Part shown: one piece after another, positions 49,453 through 63,290 of the stretch | Position numbering within the stretch: the stretch's first letter is position 1 | How the letters are laid out: each line of letters begins with the position of its first letter | Source of the DNA: Psilocybe cubensis | Taxonomy: Eukaryota | Length of the DNA: 64,000 bases | Direction of reading: 5' to 3' | Assembly: GCA_017499595.2 (NCBI GenBank) | Contig: CM039008.1 | Span: forward strand, 248,001 to 312,000 | Position numbers and translations under genes: made by a program | Notes under the pieces: model-generated | The model's input: the letters and a program-made list of their open reading frames with translations, nothing else | What the model was told of the DNA's origin: nothing | Database searches by the model: none

Positions 49453-50912
49453 TTGTGTCTGTATATGATTCAGGCTGATGTGGTGTTAGGCTTGAGTGAT
49501 AACTCGATTCTGTAGGCACTTTTATACCACTGGAATGGCACAATTTATATTTTTATTCGTGTGGAAGTCGGTCAGCTCTATCCTCATATTACCCTCATAA
49601 TGAGCCGAGGAGTACGAAGGAGCTCGGCATGTGAAGCAAAGAATTCGTGGTTTGTCAAGTTCCCAATGACTTACCAAGCTCGTTCAAAGATTCTTTGGAG
49701 TCTGTAGTACTCGATTTAGAATTGTTGTCAGTAGGTCCTCGTAATAAGCGTTGAAACTTCCTGTAATGGTAATGGTGTGGGCCATTTATGGCATTTCTAA
49801 GTACAGAACGCCCCGCTGACGAGACACGTATTTTCTCAGTTGCTCCGCAACCGTACGATGAAGACGTGAGCACGCAAGTCAAGAGATAATGGGCGCCTAT
49901 TTATAGCGACATAACCACCGGAGAAGATTAAGTATCTAGATACATTGGGATCTTCCTGTCGCTTTGCAATTTGGCCATGTTCTTTGCAGGACCTCAGAGA
50001 GTGAAACATGAAAGATTTTGCTTGTCGATTCGATCTTTCTTATCAAAGAACCTCAATTATTCCTTATGCTCTGGCATAGACGCAAGGATTACTGTATCAC
50101 TTTGTAGACTGTAACTGCTATGGGCGTGTGTTTTATACATCCGAGATGACCGACATATGTCAACCATAAAATACATCTGAATCGATACTATTCTTCAAAC
50201 AGAAAATCCTTGTCCTTTCATGTCACCTCTGTGAGCTCCCTACGATTTCTCTTTTGCTTAATGTCATCTTTGCAGGTTTGCTACTACCATCGGAAACACT
50301 ATTCTTTTTGCTATTTTGAAATTTTGCGGTACATAAATTTTATAGTTTTTGCACTCTTGGACCATTATACAATACTCTTTACGCCTTTTCTGTTGCAAAA
50401 GAGAGCGTCCTAGTGAAATTCTGTCCTTTGACAATGTCATGTCCATCATGAGCGTGGGAGGATTTTGTGGAGGTCAGCTGACGAACGTCGGGCGCTGCGG
50501 TTGTTCCCGGGGCGCTAAGGTACCATCGCAGAACGGCTGCCTAACGTCGGCACAATTTCTCACCAGCGAACCGCGTCTTCCCCTGCACGCCAGCGCTCCT
50601 GTGAGTACCTAGTGCCTTACTTCTGAATATGACCAACTATATTGCGTCTCCTCAACAGCCTAGAAAGGCGGAAACATTCTGATTATTTGGAGAATGTCTC
50701 CCGCCCGTCCCGGAGACAGCCAACTATGTCGTCTATCCGATTACAGATATACCCCGAATCCAACTCGGCTGTGTAAACGGTGGGTGGGAATGGAACAGCG
50801 CAGCCACATGAGCTCTTTCCTGTTCATATATCTATAGCACCTATTGGATAACGCTCTCCAGCTCATTTTTGGCTCGTCGCTCCTGTTCTATCCCACCTTC
50901 CACTTCTACTGC

Positions 50913-52381
50913 ATGCCTCCTCCGCACATTCAGGTTGTTTGCACAGAGGACGAGGTTGTCGAGGCAGTCTCACCAATTTCCTTGACCATTACCCGGCGCC
51001 GGTCGCACACCATCGATTTTGGTCCAAATCTCACTATTCCCGGCCGAGTAAGCCCACAGATAAGTCGGTCTACACCCCAGTTGCGGCTCCAGCTCTCAAT
51101 CCCCGCGGCAGCTACACAAAAACTCGGACTTGACATCAATTCTTCGGTTTCTCAGGAAGAAACACCTCAGTCGGAATGTGGTCCAGAAACACCAGTGTCG
51201 ACAACGTCCCCTGGAGTGGCCAAGGTTGTCGATCTCACGAAGGACATAACCACGACCTCGGTTTATGCCGTAGCTCACGGCGGCCTATCAGATATATATA
51301 CCGGGAACTGGCACCGCACTTCTTCAGATACAGGAGAAACTGAAGTGATAGCAGTGCGTTTATTGTATCTCGAAAAATCACGGCGGCCAACATACTCTTA
51401 GGTAGCAATCAAGGTATTGCGTATCTTGGCCAGGAAGGATCACGATGGGGCAAACGCCAGAAAGGTCTGTCAGCTACCTAGTCATTGGTCACTCGCTGAC
51501 CTTTCCCTCCCATGGACAGAAATTAAACAAAGAGGTGTATGTGTGGCATCGCCTAGAACATCCCAATATTGTTAAACTATTTGGTACCTCATACCATATG
51601 TCGGGAAGACCAGCCATGATTATGCAGTGGTACAAAAATGGCAGCGCAGCAGAGTATTTGGAGAAAATCAACCCTGAAGCTGATCGGTTGCGACTAGTGA
51701 GTGGCTAAAACTTGGAGAGTTGCGTTATTGGCTCACCTAGCTTATCTCAGATCCTGGACGTTGCCAGAGGGCTGGCATATTTGCATACTCACAGTCCCGC
51801 CATTGTGCACGCTGACCTGAAAGCTGTACGGTCACCTTGTGTTCACACAATATAACCTGCCTAACGATCATGCTTCTCCAGAATAATATTCTGATTACAG
51901 ACGAAGGACGCGCTGCAATTTGTGACTTCGGTCTTTCTGAAGTAGTGGAGGATCTCAATAGACCCACGGGCTACACATTATCGACCCCCAATGTTGGTCC
52001 ACTGAGGTGGAGGGCACCCGAATTTTTAGAGAACGACGGTCCTGCCGTTTTCACATCCGATGTATGGTCATTCGGATGTACCGCACTTGAGGTTTGTGTT
52101 GTACATTTATATTCCACAAGCCACAGAGACTGACCACTGACGCCTCCGTTTACCAGCTACTTACCGATGCAATGCCGTACAAACATTGTAAAGGGGATTA
52201 TCAAGTGATCAAAAGCATGCAAGAAGGTGTGAAACCGTGTCTTGCTGATGATCCTCACTTCCAGAAACTGGATGAAAGGGTTAAGAATCTGTTGGACGAT
52301 TGCTGGTCATTCAATCCTTCAGAACGACCGTGTATGACCCATGTACAGGCACAGTTGGAAGCTATATATTCTCTCTCTTGA
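50913..52381 (+). CDS. Protein kinase (tyrosine-kinase-like group)
   Basis: AHGGLSDIY, VAIKVL, EVYVWHRLEHPNIV, IVHADLK, NILI, ICDFGLS, RWRAPE, SDVWSFG and CW..PSERP. Confidence 0.9.
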
Positions 52382-52600
52382 ACAATTTGTTTTATCCAGT
52401 TTTGCACTTGTTTTCGTTCTTCTCTAGCTTATAATAGGTTTCAAGACTCTTAATCCCTTCGTTTACCCGCCAACCTACTCCTCCAATCTATCCCCCAAAC
52501 AAACAATTGCTCTCGTTCAATTTTCATCTATTTTATATCCTCCTAATAACACATGTATGTAGAACCTTGCAAACAAATAAACAAGCAAGAAATAAAGTGC

Positions 52601-55270
52601 TTATAGCGACCAGTAGTCACTAAAAATCGATTCCAGTTCCCAAGGTGTTGCACCGTCCTCTAAGATCCCTTTGTTTTGTGCAAGATTTGAAGGTATTCCT
52701 GCAGCATTGAGAATATCTACGCCGTCGTCGCGAGTGAACCGGGCGGTAGTCCAAGTAGCGCTGATTTGATCGACACTTTCACAAGGATTATGATTAACGC
52801 CGAGCAGATTACATTCAGAAAAAAGCTTACTCCTTGGAGAGACTGTCAATTTGCCTTCCTCCGTATTTGACAGCCGCGTTGTTGAGCCAACCCAAAAAGA
52901 AACGGATATTCTCTATATGTGGGGTGTTACCAGTCAAATCCGCAATGAATCTACATATACTGACGGTTAGTCTTTTCCGCTCCGAGGAACTGGAAATGTC
53001 TGCCGTATCCTTTTCGCTCCTTGTATACCTCGTTATACCTTACGCCACAGCTCAGATGTCAAAGGTAGATCTGCCTTCCCCGCCCAAACCTTAGCTACGG
53101 CTAAAGAAGTAAATTCGGCGTAAGTGAACGATTGCATTCCGTGGTTAGCTAGATTACGAAACACAATTAAAAACTGTGGTTGTTTTTAGATCGTAACATA
53201 TCCGTACCGTTGACAAACGTGAGGGTCGGGTCTGGGATATAGAATACATCCAGGTATAACGATCGCAAATGAGTTCCGTCCGTCACAATTGGTTGAACAG
53301 CGCCGTAAGAGACGTCCTCGCTCATGTCAATTCCTGAATTGCGGAATTGGGGTAAGAAGGGATAGTTGTAGCGATATCCCGTCGTAAAAATGATTTGATC
53401 AATTCCAGTGATAATCTACGGGAAATGTCATCATTCTGTGAATTTAAGGCATGTATAAAAATGCTCACGGTGCCGTTCATGAGCTCAACTTGTCCTTGGG
53501 AAAATTCCGACGCTGGAGGGTGGAATCGTTTTATTTCTCCTACTAGAGTCACATTTTTAGGAAGGCGGCGTAAGAATACTTCAAGCTGCCGGATAAATAG
53601 AGGGGCTTGACGGGATATTCAATGGAAAAGCTATCAATAGGGTAATAATGCACACCGTTCTGGGGCTAAGAGTTTTGTAATCAGAAAAGAAGATCGTTCG
53701 ACGGATAGGTGGAGCATGTGCCCACCCTGATAGACTGATATATTGTCTTAACGTTCGTGATCAAGTCCCGTGAAATCTCTCCTCCGCTAGACTGTCAGGC
53801 GTGGAATACAACTGGTAGCAGATAACAGAGTTCTACATACTGCAGCTCCGATAACCAGGACAGTTTTATTCGCCATAGATTCAGGGCGACGGTATTGACA
53901 CGAATGGATGATATGGCCAGGAAAGCGGTCATTCCAATCCTTAATTCCAGAAATATTTGGCACGTTGGGAGCGTTGTATCGTCCAGTAGCAACGACCACA
54001 GCATCAAAGGTCTTGGATAAATGACATGACATGTAAGGTGTGATTTTTCTCAGTCAAGTTGAAAAGTTTTTTTTTTTTTTTTTTTTTTTGTGTTATAGCC
54101 TCTGAGGGGTGGGCCTCTCCCTCGGCTTCGTACTATCTAGCTACCTACCCGCCCCTCGGCGGTTTTCCCTTCCTCAACGCGACTGTGCACCACAGAGGGC
54201 CCTCGCGTCCCCCTTCAAGGTCCAGCTTTCCCAGGCTGTTTTGTCGCCATCTCAGGTTTTATAGCAGGTTCTTTTCCTTCCCCTCGTCTCGTGCTGTTGC
54301 CCTTCTTATGTGAGTATTTGTGTTGTTCCTCTTCCTCCTTGAACTCTCATTCCTCTTCTTCTAACCCTTTGTTTAGCAGGTCTTCTTTGTATGGTTTCAG
54401 TCGCCTCGTCCTCGGTATGTATCGCAGCAGCGCTTTCGCGTTTTCTTGTTTTGTCGTTAATTCTTCGAGGTCGTAGCACTGTTCGCCGATTTCTTCCCAT
54501 AGTTGTAGTCGTTCGTGTCGATATCCCCTGCATTCGAATACGAAATGTTCTACTGTTTCGACTGCTCTTACCCCGTCCCGTCGTTCCCTGCATTTGGGAC
54601 ATGTCTTGCCTTGCTCCAAGCTGAATTTGCTGATATGGCTGTTGAGCGGGATGTGTCCCAATCTCACCTGGATAAGTACGCTGGCTTGCGACCTATTTAA
54701 CTTCTTCAGTGTCTTTCTGAACTTGTTGAATGGGAATTCCGAGTCTATTCCCTCGAATTTCTTCTTCCTGTGCGAAGCGTTCCATCGTGCCTTCCAGATT
54801 TCGAGTAATTCGTCGTGGTAAGCTTGTTTTTCGGCTGATGCGCTTTTCATTATGGTCTTTGTGAGTTGGGTTGGGAGTTCCTCTGGTGGTGAGCTGTCCC
54901 CTTCCGCCGCTCTTTTTGCTTCCTCGTCCGCTCTCTCGTTGCCTAGGACGTCTGAGTGACTCGATATCCAATGTATAGTTATTTTACCCTGCAAATTTTG
55001 GAAGGCTTCGTCAATGCTCCTCATCAGGTGCTGTCCTGACTTAGCTTTGGGTCGCTTCAGGTTCTTCAGAAGTCCCTGGTTGTCGCTGAATATATCGACG
55101 GTGTCTTCAGCTGAGGGTGATTCGTTTTGGATGAGCCTGGAGGCGTTGAAAAGTTTTATTCACCTCCTTCGTCCACGTTGCTTTAACCTCTTCTTGCCCG
55201 ATAGGAATGAGCTCTTTCAGTGTAAGTGTCCAGCCCTGTTCTTTTCCCTCATCATTATGATGCTTTTCAG
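52601..55270 (-). pseudogene. 5'-truncated tandem duplicate of the FMO gene, with a LINE in one intron
   Basis: Exon-by-exon similarity to 55399-56970 (GWTLTLKEL, FDAVVVATGRYNAP, PIVTDGTHLRSLYLD). Similarity ends near 55270, so the signal peptide and first GxGxxG motif are missing. Confidence 0.8.
54071..55144 (-). mobile_element. 5'-truncated non-LTR retrotransposon (Tad1-like LINE, RNase H plus CCHC)
   Basis: IFSDNQ...HWISSHSDVLGNERADEEAKRAA (RNase H), QVRLGHIPLNSH, CPKC...ETVEHFVFEC; 23-nt poly(A) at 54067-54089; TSD GTTGAAAAGTTTT at 54058-54070 and 55145-55157. Confidence 0.92.
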
Positions 55271-55398
55271 TCACAACCGACACACGAGCTCAGTTGCTCA
55301 CGGAAATGATGACTTTTGGTTAAATATCTTGACGACACAAATATACACAATTCTCCTACAAACAAAAAAATACGATCAAGAAATCAAACGTTTAATGC

Positions 55399-57770
55399 CT
55401 ACCAATAGTCGTTAAACACAGAATCCTGTGCCCAGGCCTCTGTCCCATCCAAAAATAATCCCTTGTTCTTTTCGTCATTTGACAGAAGACCAGCAGAGTT
55501 CACAACGGAAACGCCATCTCCAGAAGCGAAACGAGCCTTCGTCCACGCAGCACTGACTTGTTCGACGCTTCGGGAGGTCATGTTAGAGCCAAGCATGATT
55601 ATATTCGGAAAAGAAACTTACTCTTTCGAGAGACTGTCAATCTGCCTTCCGCCATATTTGACCGCTGCGTCATTCAGCCATCCCAGCAAGAAACGGAGGT
55701 TTTCTGTATGCGATGAGTTGTCTGTCAGATCAGTGACACAAAGGAAATTTCGAAAGTTCTGACGTTTGGTCTTTTCCGCTCCAAGGAACTGGAAATGTCT
55801 TCCATACCCCTTTCGCTCCTTGTATAGCTCGTCGTATCTACGCCACAGCTCAGAGGTAGAGGGGAAATCGGCCTTTCCTGCCCAAATCTTTGCGGCAGCT
55901 AGAGAAATAAACTCGGCGTATGTGAACGATTGCATCCCGTAGTTGGCTACATTGCGAGATTGAATTCAGATCGACAGTATCTTTAGACAGCGGCATATGC
56001 ATACCGTTCACAAACGCGAGTGTCGGGTCTGGGATATAGAAAGCATCCAGATATAACGACCGCAAATGAGTTCCGTCTGTTACAATTGGTTGAACATCTC
56101 CTGCAGGTGCAGTGTCGTTTATGCCAAGCCCCGAGTTGTGGAACTGGGGCAAGAAGGGATAGGTGTATCTATATCCCGTCGCGAAGATGATTTTGTCAAT
56201 GCCAGTGATGATCTACAGGAAACACCCGTGTCATCTTAGGTATACGAGTGATGCTCCAATAATACTCACGGTGCCATTTACAAGCTCGACCTTTCCTTGG
56301 GAAAACTCGGATGCAGGGGGATGGAAGCGTTTTATCTCGCCAACCAGAGTCACATTTCGGGGAAGACGGCGCAAAAATGTCGCAAGTGGCCAAGTGGGAA
56401 CAGGGGCTAGGCGGGTGGTTAGATTAAAATAACATCAACAGAAGCTTCTGCGCACTGTTTTGTGGCTAAGAGAGTCAGGAAGAGTCAGTCCAAGACATTC
56501 AGACTCGAGTATAGCATGTGCTTACCCTGATAGACTGATATATTTTCTTGACGTTCGTAATTATGTCTCGTGAGATCTCCCCACCACTGGTCTGTCGTGT
56601 GATTGAGAACTATTGGTCATTCATAATAGAGTTACACATACAGCAGCTCCGATAACGAGGACAGTTTTATTTGTCAGTGAATCAGGGCGACGGTATTGAC
56701 GCGAGTGAATGATATGACCAGGGAATCGATCGTTCCACTCCTTGATTCCAGAAATGTTTGGCACATTGGGGGCGTTGTATCGTCCAGTAGCAACGATCAC
56801 CGCGTCAAAGGTCTAAAAAATAGTAAGATGTTATTCACCTCAGTTGACCTGGAACGTTGTGCTCACCTCCTTCGTCCAAGTTGCTTTAGCAACATTCTGG
56901 CCGACAGGAACGAGTTCCTTCAATGTAAGTGTCCAACCTTGTTCTTCCCCGTCTTCATTGTGGTGTTTTTCGATGAGCTCGATGCGAGTATTATACGAGA
57001 CATTGGGGTTCCCATCATTGTTATTGACCCCATGCCACGATGCAAAGGCACGCAGATATCTTTGCAGCTTTGAATTATGCAGTGCTAAGCCGGCGGATAT
57101 CAGTTACCAACAGCCATGAACCAGTCGGAACTCATACCCCAAGGTGTACCAGATGGCCACGGCGTCTCTCTAATCTGTTGAACTGGCTACAGCCATACGA
57201 TCATTTCAGTACGGTTTGACACGGCAGATAGGAACCACTCACAGCAGGCGCGTTCGACGTTAACGACTCCCAGATAGGTTTTGGAGCACGGTGCGACCTT
57301 CTGGCAAGCGCGACCTCCTCCCTTCCATGATAGTTTCTCACATACGGCAGCTTCGCGCCCTTGGGTGGGAGGTCGGGCGCAAAGTCCCTGATGACTAGAT
57401 CTCCACTTGGGATTGGTGTGTCCACCGGGATTTCGTCCGTGTAATGCCAGTTCCCGCCAGGCGAGTCGTCCCGCTCGTAGACGTGCACATCAAATCCAGC
57501 CTGAGATAATTCGCGGTACGCAATCAAACCTCTGGGGACAAAGAATTGGATTCAGCAATTGCAAAATCAGGATGAGTGAGAATGTATTCCGAGAACCACT
57601 CACCCAACGCCCGCACCTATGACTGCCACCCGTTTAATGGGATACTTGAACTGATAATAGTCAGAAGATCCCTTCGCTTCATTCGAGAAAGGAATTTGTG
57701 TTTCAGAGAATGAAGCGATAACAGGTGCAGCCGCAACTGCAAACACGAAACCGATGGAAAAAGACTTCAT
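55399..57770 (-). CDS. Flavin-containing monooxygenase (FMO-like) with a signal peptide
   Basis: MKSFSIGFVFAVAAAPVIA signal; RVAVIGAGVGGL, YERDDSPGGNW, ATGRYNAP, HSRQYR, VLVIGAA and FATGY. Confidence 0.9.
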
Positions 57771-57807
57771 CGTGAATCAACAGAGCGGTTTTTTCAAGGG
57801 AAAGGCA

Positions 57808-57867
57808 CCACCGAGACATTTCGAGTATATAAGCGATCCACCGAGACATTTCGAGTATATAAGCGAT
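57808..57867. repeat. 30-bp perfect tandem duplication covering the putative FMO TATA box
   Basis: CCACCGAGACATTTCGAGTATATAAGCGAT x2, 38-97 bp upstream of the FMO ATG. Confidence 0.85.
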
Positions 57868-58932
57868 CCACACATCCCCGCGCAATGTACAGGGATGCAA
57901 TCTGATAGATGCTATGTTGCGCACTCCAAGAGAAATATGGCGCAACAAGGCTCTCGGCTCGTGCTGTGATAGAAGGGTCAATTAATTCAACATACGTTCT
58001 CACGGCAGCCTGCTGACTTTGCAATCTTTGTTTGGGAGACCGAAATCGACTCTTGTCGCCATTATTGAGCTGCATTTGCACTTGGAAAGATACGAAAAAG
58101 ACCGGGCATAGGTTGAATGTGTAAGGCTGAAACTTGGGTGTCAATTTTGACAGACCTGTATTACGCAGTTCTTATGCAAAGTGCGTCCTGCGTTTGAATT
58201 TGCAGCACATTAACAGGACCGATATCATGAACTGTTGCGGTAAATGATAAATGACTGTAGGTGGCGCGCTGAAAATGAACACTCCATTTCAATCGTAGCA
58301 CAAGCGATAAAACCAACTTGAAGAGCCACTGCGGAAAACCGGAACAGTCAAAGCGAAGTTGAAAATACTAAAAAATTAGCAATACTCACCGAACAACCAT
58401 ACGATTACAAACTGGAAAGGCAAGAGAATTCAGCATCAGGCAGAAGAATGAGAGATGAGAGAGAAAAAGAGAGCTTCAAAGCCGATATATGTACATAAAA
58501 CAAGGTACAGAGATCACCGGATATACTTAATGTAAGAAGACAATGTACGCTACGAATGAGGTCGCAGAAAGATAAAAAAAAGAGGTTGATGATTGTGAGA
58601 GAAAAACCAACAAAAAATGCAAGCGAAGAAACTTGAAAAAGAAAGACAACAGAAAGAAGAAAAAGAAAAGTGTGGGATAATTGTAGTTGGGGTGTTGTGC
58701 TTACAAAACGCGACTGAACAAGCCATTAGTCAAGTCACAAAGAAGTTGAGGGGTATCAAGCAACACAACAAAATCCACAATCCACAACCACAAGTGCATC
58801 ACAACACATTACCTCGACCATCGGCCAGGGAGATAGGCAATGAAGGAGAAGCACGAAAAGATATCGGACGATCGGACGAATAGCCTGAGGTTCCGTCCTG
58901 TCATGGTCCCGGCTAGCCATCCGTACTCACTC

Positions 58933-61900
58933 TCAATCCGTCAAGATACCCTTGACGCCCCCACTTTGCGTCCTACCGCCGTCTCTCGCACGCGCAGTGT
59001 GCATGCGCTTCCCACCTTTCGTGGACACGTTCCTTGAGCGATCATTGGGGTACTGGTGGTGGTCAGGGTAGGAAGACGATGATGCAGAAGCGGAAGACAT
59101 GGCCGGATCGTGATCATGTTCATGATCCGCGTTCGTCACGGGGAACGGATAGTGTTCCTGCTGCTGCTGCTGGGGGTAAGGGTACGAGGATGGTTGGTGA
59201 TGAGGAATACGAACAGACGGCACAGGCACAGGTACCTGTTTTCCCGTCTTTGTCTTCTTTGTCTTCGTCTTCTCCGACTTGCCTCCCGACGACGACGACG
59301 ACGACTTACCCTTGGCAAGCGGAGGCACGTTCGACGAGGACGGTGGGGACGGCGAGGGCTCCTTCGCCTTCGCCTTGTCTTTGGTCGACGCTGGAGTAAC
59401 AGGTGCAGGCACGCGTATCGACGGCGGGCCCGTCGGCGTAGGCAACGACGGGTCTATCCAGTCATCTTCGATGTCGTCGCCTTCCACTTCCTCTGCTTCT
59501 TCCTCGCCATCGCGCGGTTCATCTACCCCTTCCTCCTCTTCGTCTTCTTCGCGGAACGAAGTAGCACCCGCGCCCTCAGGGCGGAATACAATTTCGTCGT
59601 CATCCTCTGCCCTCTCCCTTCCAGGACCATTATCTGATTTACCCTTGCCTTTCAGCCTCGCAGGTCTCTCGATGTTGATAATGTCAAAGCGCGAGTTCGG
59701 ACCAGGAGTAACAGGGTCCACCGGGTCTTCTTCAGTATCAATCTCCTCACCTTCCGCATCGCCAGCTGTGCGCCGACGGTCGCGTGCCGATGAATAGGTA
59801 TCGAAGAACCTCTCGCTCGAGTCGCTCTCACTCTCCTTGCCACGCAGAATTTCCACGCCATCTTCTTCCTCATCTTCGTTGATGTCATTGTCGTCGTGGA
59901 CGTCATCGTTATCGTTGTCGTCCAAGAGGTCGACATCGTCCGGCTCGGAGATGGACTCCAAGCCCATATTATCATCCGAGTCAGAGGGCCAGGTCGGGGG
60001 TTCGTCTTGTAACGAGAATATCGTTCTCGGAAGCTGCAACAAATCATCAGTACCAGTCGGAATAAATCACAAAAAGCGCGATGAAGTCTGATTAAAAAAG
60101 GAAGTAAGAACTCACCTCTGCAACCCTCCTCTTGAAATCCCACCACTCTGCCTCATCGCGACACAAGAACCCAATCAACATGCTTGGATCCAGACCACTC
60201 ATCGGCATCTTGCGCACTCGCTCGCAATGGAACGTCTTCAGCTCAGCAGCACTATACGACAAACAATAATGCTGCTGCACACGGTCCAACCCACCTCCAA
60301 CATTATTCCCCAAGCCGGCGCCTTCGCCTGTGGACGTCGAGGCAGAGGTGGACGCAGAGACGGACTGGCTTCGACTCGCTGTACCAGCTGCAAAGCTTCT
60401 GTGATGCTGCTGATGCTCCGCGTTGCCCATCGCCGGTGATGACGGCTGACTCACGCCTGCACTGGCACTCGCAGACCTCCATCTTCCATGCTGACTGTGT
60501 TGCTGATACGAAGGCGGTGGGCTGCGCTCTCTGTACTGTCCCTGTTGCTGATGACCAGTATTCGAATACGAGTATGAATGCGAATCGGTATAGACCGAAG
60601 ACGATCCCTCCGATTCCACCGTACCCGTATCTGCAGACGACGACGAGAATTGGTGCTGCAAAGGGGACGGGGACACTGGCGCGTGGTATGAAAAGTTAGA
60701 CGAGCCCGTGCGCACAGAGGAAGGAGATGCGGGTGTGGGCGTTCGGTATGGCGTCTGCTGCTGTTGTGGCTGGGGCTGGTATGTCGGGTGCGAGGAGCTG
60801 CTGGGGGTTGATGACCTCTTTGTCTTGGTGTTCGACGTGCTGGCATCGCGATCCGAGTCGGGCGTCGGCTGTCGATCAATATGCTGGGTATCTGGTGGTG
60901 GAGGTGGGCGCAGTGGAATGGCAGGCCGTGGATTATGTGGGTCGAGATAAAACAGGTTGTCCGCCTGCGATCCTACAAAATAGTATGACGAACTCGGACG
61001 GCCGCCTGCAATACCCACAGATTGCGGGAAAGTGTACAACATCTAACCCAAAGATCAATTTCGACTTTCCCTATAACATGGGACAGCAAACGCACCTTGA
61101 TACTCTCATAATAAATTGGATTAACACCCTCAATGCCCAACCTTATTCCCAACAAGAGTAGCACCGGCCTCTCACCCCACGTCGTCGCATGCCTCCTTCG
61201 CGGCGTCCGTGAATTTCCTCTCCCAGCTTCCCCTTCCACGCCACCGAAATGCGACGCCGCAAACACCTGCGTCTGGTACAGAGTCCCGTCTGTCGCAACA
61301 GCAACTGCCAGACCACACTCCGGGAAACTAGCAACAAGCTGCTTGATTGCACCCGCAGCGACACTGGGCCCGAACCACTGTCCAACGTCGGTGCCAAGCT
61401 CTTTACCTGCGAGCGCCATGCGGTGCACGCTGAAGGGCGCAAGCGGGGAGGGAGTATCAAGGAACCAGGTAAGGATCTGCACATAGGTTGCGTAGTCAGC
61501 AGTGAGAACTGGATGTGGTGGTCTGCGCCAGTCTGAGGAAAACAATGCCGTTAGATGTGCTAACGATTGAACCAAAAAAAAAAAAACCACTCACCTCTGC
61601 CAAGATGCACAACAACCAGCGCATTCGCAAGCACACTCTGCCCCGTGCGGAGCATGCAACCCCAACCCGAGTCGCTGCTCCACGTCTTCTCGCCACCACC
61701 CGTGACCCAGTTCCACGGGCGGGAGCGGAACGCGGTCGTCGCTGGACTATTCGCTGCGGACCCGCCTGCTCCTTGTCCACCGTTCCCGCTCCCATTACCA
61801 CCTCCTCCGGAACCTAAACTGAAACTCTGTGTACTAGCACCTCCGTGGTACCCAGCAGTAGCATGCAGAGGTGGCGGTGAACAGAGCGGCAGGTCACCCA

Positions 61901-63290
61901 GCCGTCCATCGCGGATCGCAACCCCGAAATGGGAGCGGTACGTCAACCAAATACGGGATGTAAAGTCGATGTAAAACGCAGGCGGCCAGTTCGCCGAAGG
62001 GTCTTTGGATGGGTTGCTGCTCCCGTGTTTTCCAGACGTGGAGTGGGATAACGAGAGATCTGGGGCATGAGAGTGTGAAGAATGGATGGACGACGTCGAG
62101 GAACGGAAGGACGCAGGCGTACCACTCCTTCTCTCTTTATCTTTATCCTTACCATGTTTCCCTTCTTTTGTCTTGCCGTGCCCAGACCCCTCCCTACCGC
62201 TGGCATACCCGCTCGCAATACCCTGTCCCTGTACTTCCACTGGCGGCTCCTCCCAACCGCGGTGTTGCACCCCCAGCAGCCAAATTGGCTCTGCGCACCG
62301 ATCCGGCACCGCATCACTGTCCAACAAATACCGCATCGCCTTGTCGAGGTGACCCTTGCCATGCTTGGCGGCAGTAAGCAGCGCAGCGGCGCCGCTCCTC
62401 CTCGGAGAATTCATGCTTGTACTACTGGGAGAATTGGCGGTGGAGGAAAGGGGTGTGGAGTGATATGATGAATGTGACGACTGTGAAGCGTGATGGTGCT
62501 GCGCGAGCAGAGTCGGCAAAGATAGATCAGTCGTAGAGGACGCCGACGCGCTCGTTGTGAGCTGTTGGAACCACCCCGACAGCCGTGTCGGGAGGATATC
62601 CCCTATACGCGAGTGCCCTGCCCCTCCCGATCCCGACGTGGAGGCATAGAGCGCAGGTGCACTAGCAGGATACGACCCATCGCCAGCCGCAGGCCGCTCA
62701 GAGCGCGTGCGCGGTCGTGGAATGGGTATGTTCACTGGCATCTGTGCAGGCATAAACGGGGACTCGCGCTCAGGCTCGACGATGACCGGCGGCTCATCCA
62801 TATCCATGTCCATCGATGCGTTCCTGCTATTGCTGGCGTTGATTTCGGGAGACAATGATGCCCTCCTTTCTTTTTCTCTTTCCCTCTCCTTTTCCTTATC
62901 CCGCCCGATAACCAAAAATTTGCTCGACTTGCGCGGTTTCGCTGGAGTCGGAGGGACTCCTCCCTTTCCGTGCACCTGCTCCTGGTACGAATATGGCTCA
63001 GGCGAAGCCGACCCCCCGCTCATTCCGCTCCCTCCACTACCACTGGCACTGGCACTCATACCCCCACTCCCACTCCCACTGCCTCCTATGCTCCCACTCG
63101 TACTGACTGGACTGCCACCTACAAACCCATCCGTCACACTCCGACTCCTATCCCGATTCGCTTTCGTCTGCAAAAACTTGGGGAGCTTCGATGGCGCGTG
63201 GGCGGGCGTAGGTGGAGTGGCAGCAGAAGGGGACGGAGAGGGGGTGTTGGTCTGTCTGAAATTGGATGACGTCGAGTTCTTGGAAGACAT
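58933..63290 (-). CDS. ATG4: Autophagy cysteine protease (peptidase C54)
   Basis: [31 protein letters not shown] (catalytic Cys), [30 protein letters not shown] and LDPSMLIGF; long low-complexity N- and C-terminal extensions. Confidence 0.95.

Noticed and set aside
48339-57770. SDR + kinase + FMO as a secondary-metabolite cluster
   Set aside because: No backbone enzyme (PKS, NRPS, terpene synthase, decarboxylase) in the window, and the kinase is an ordinary protein kinase.
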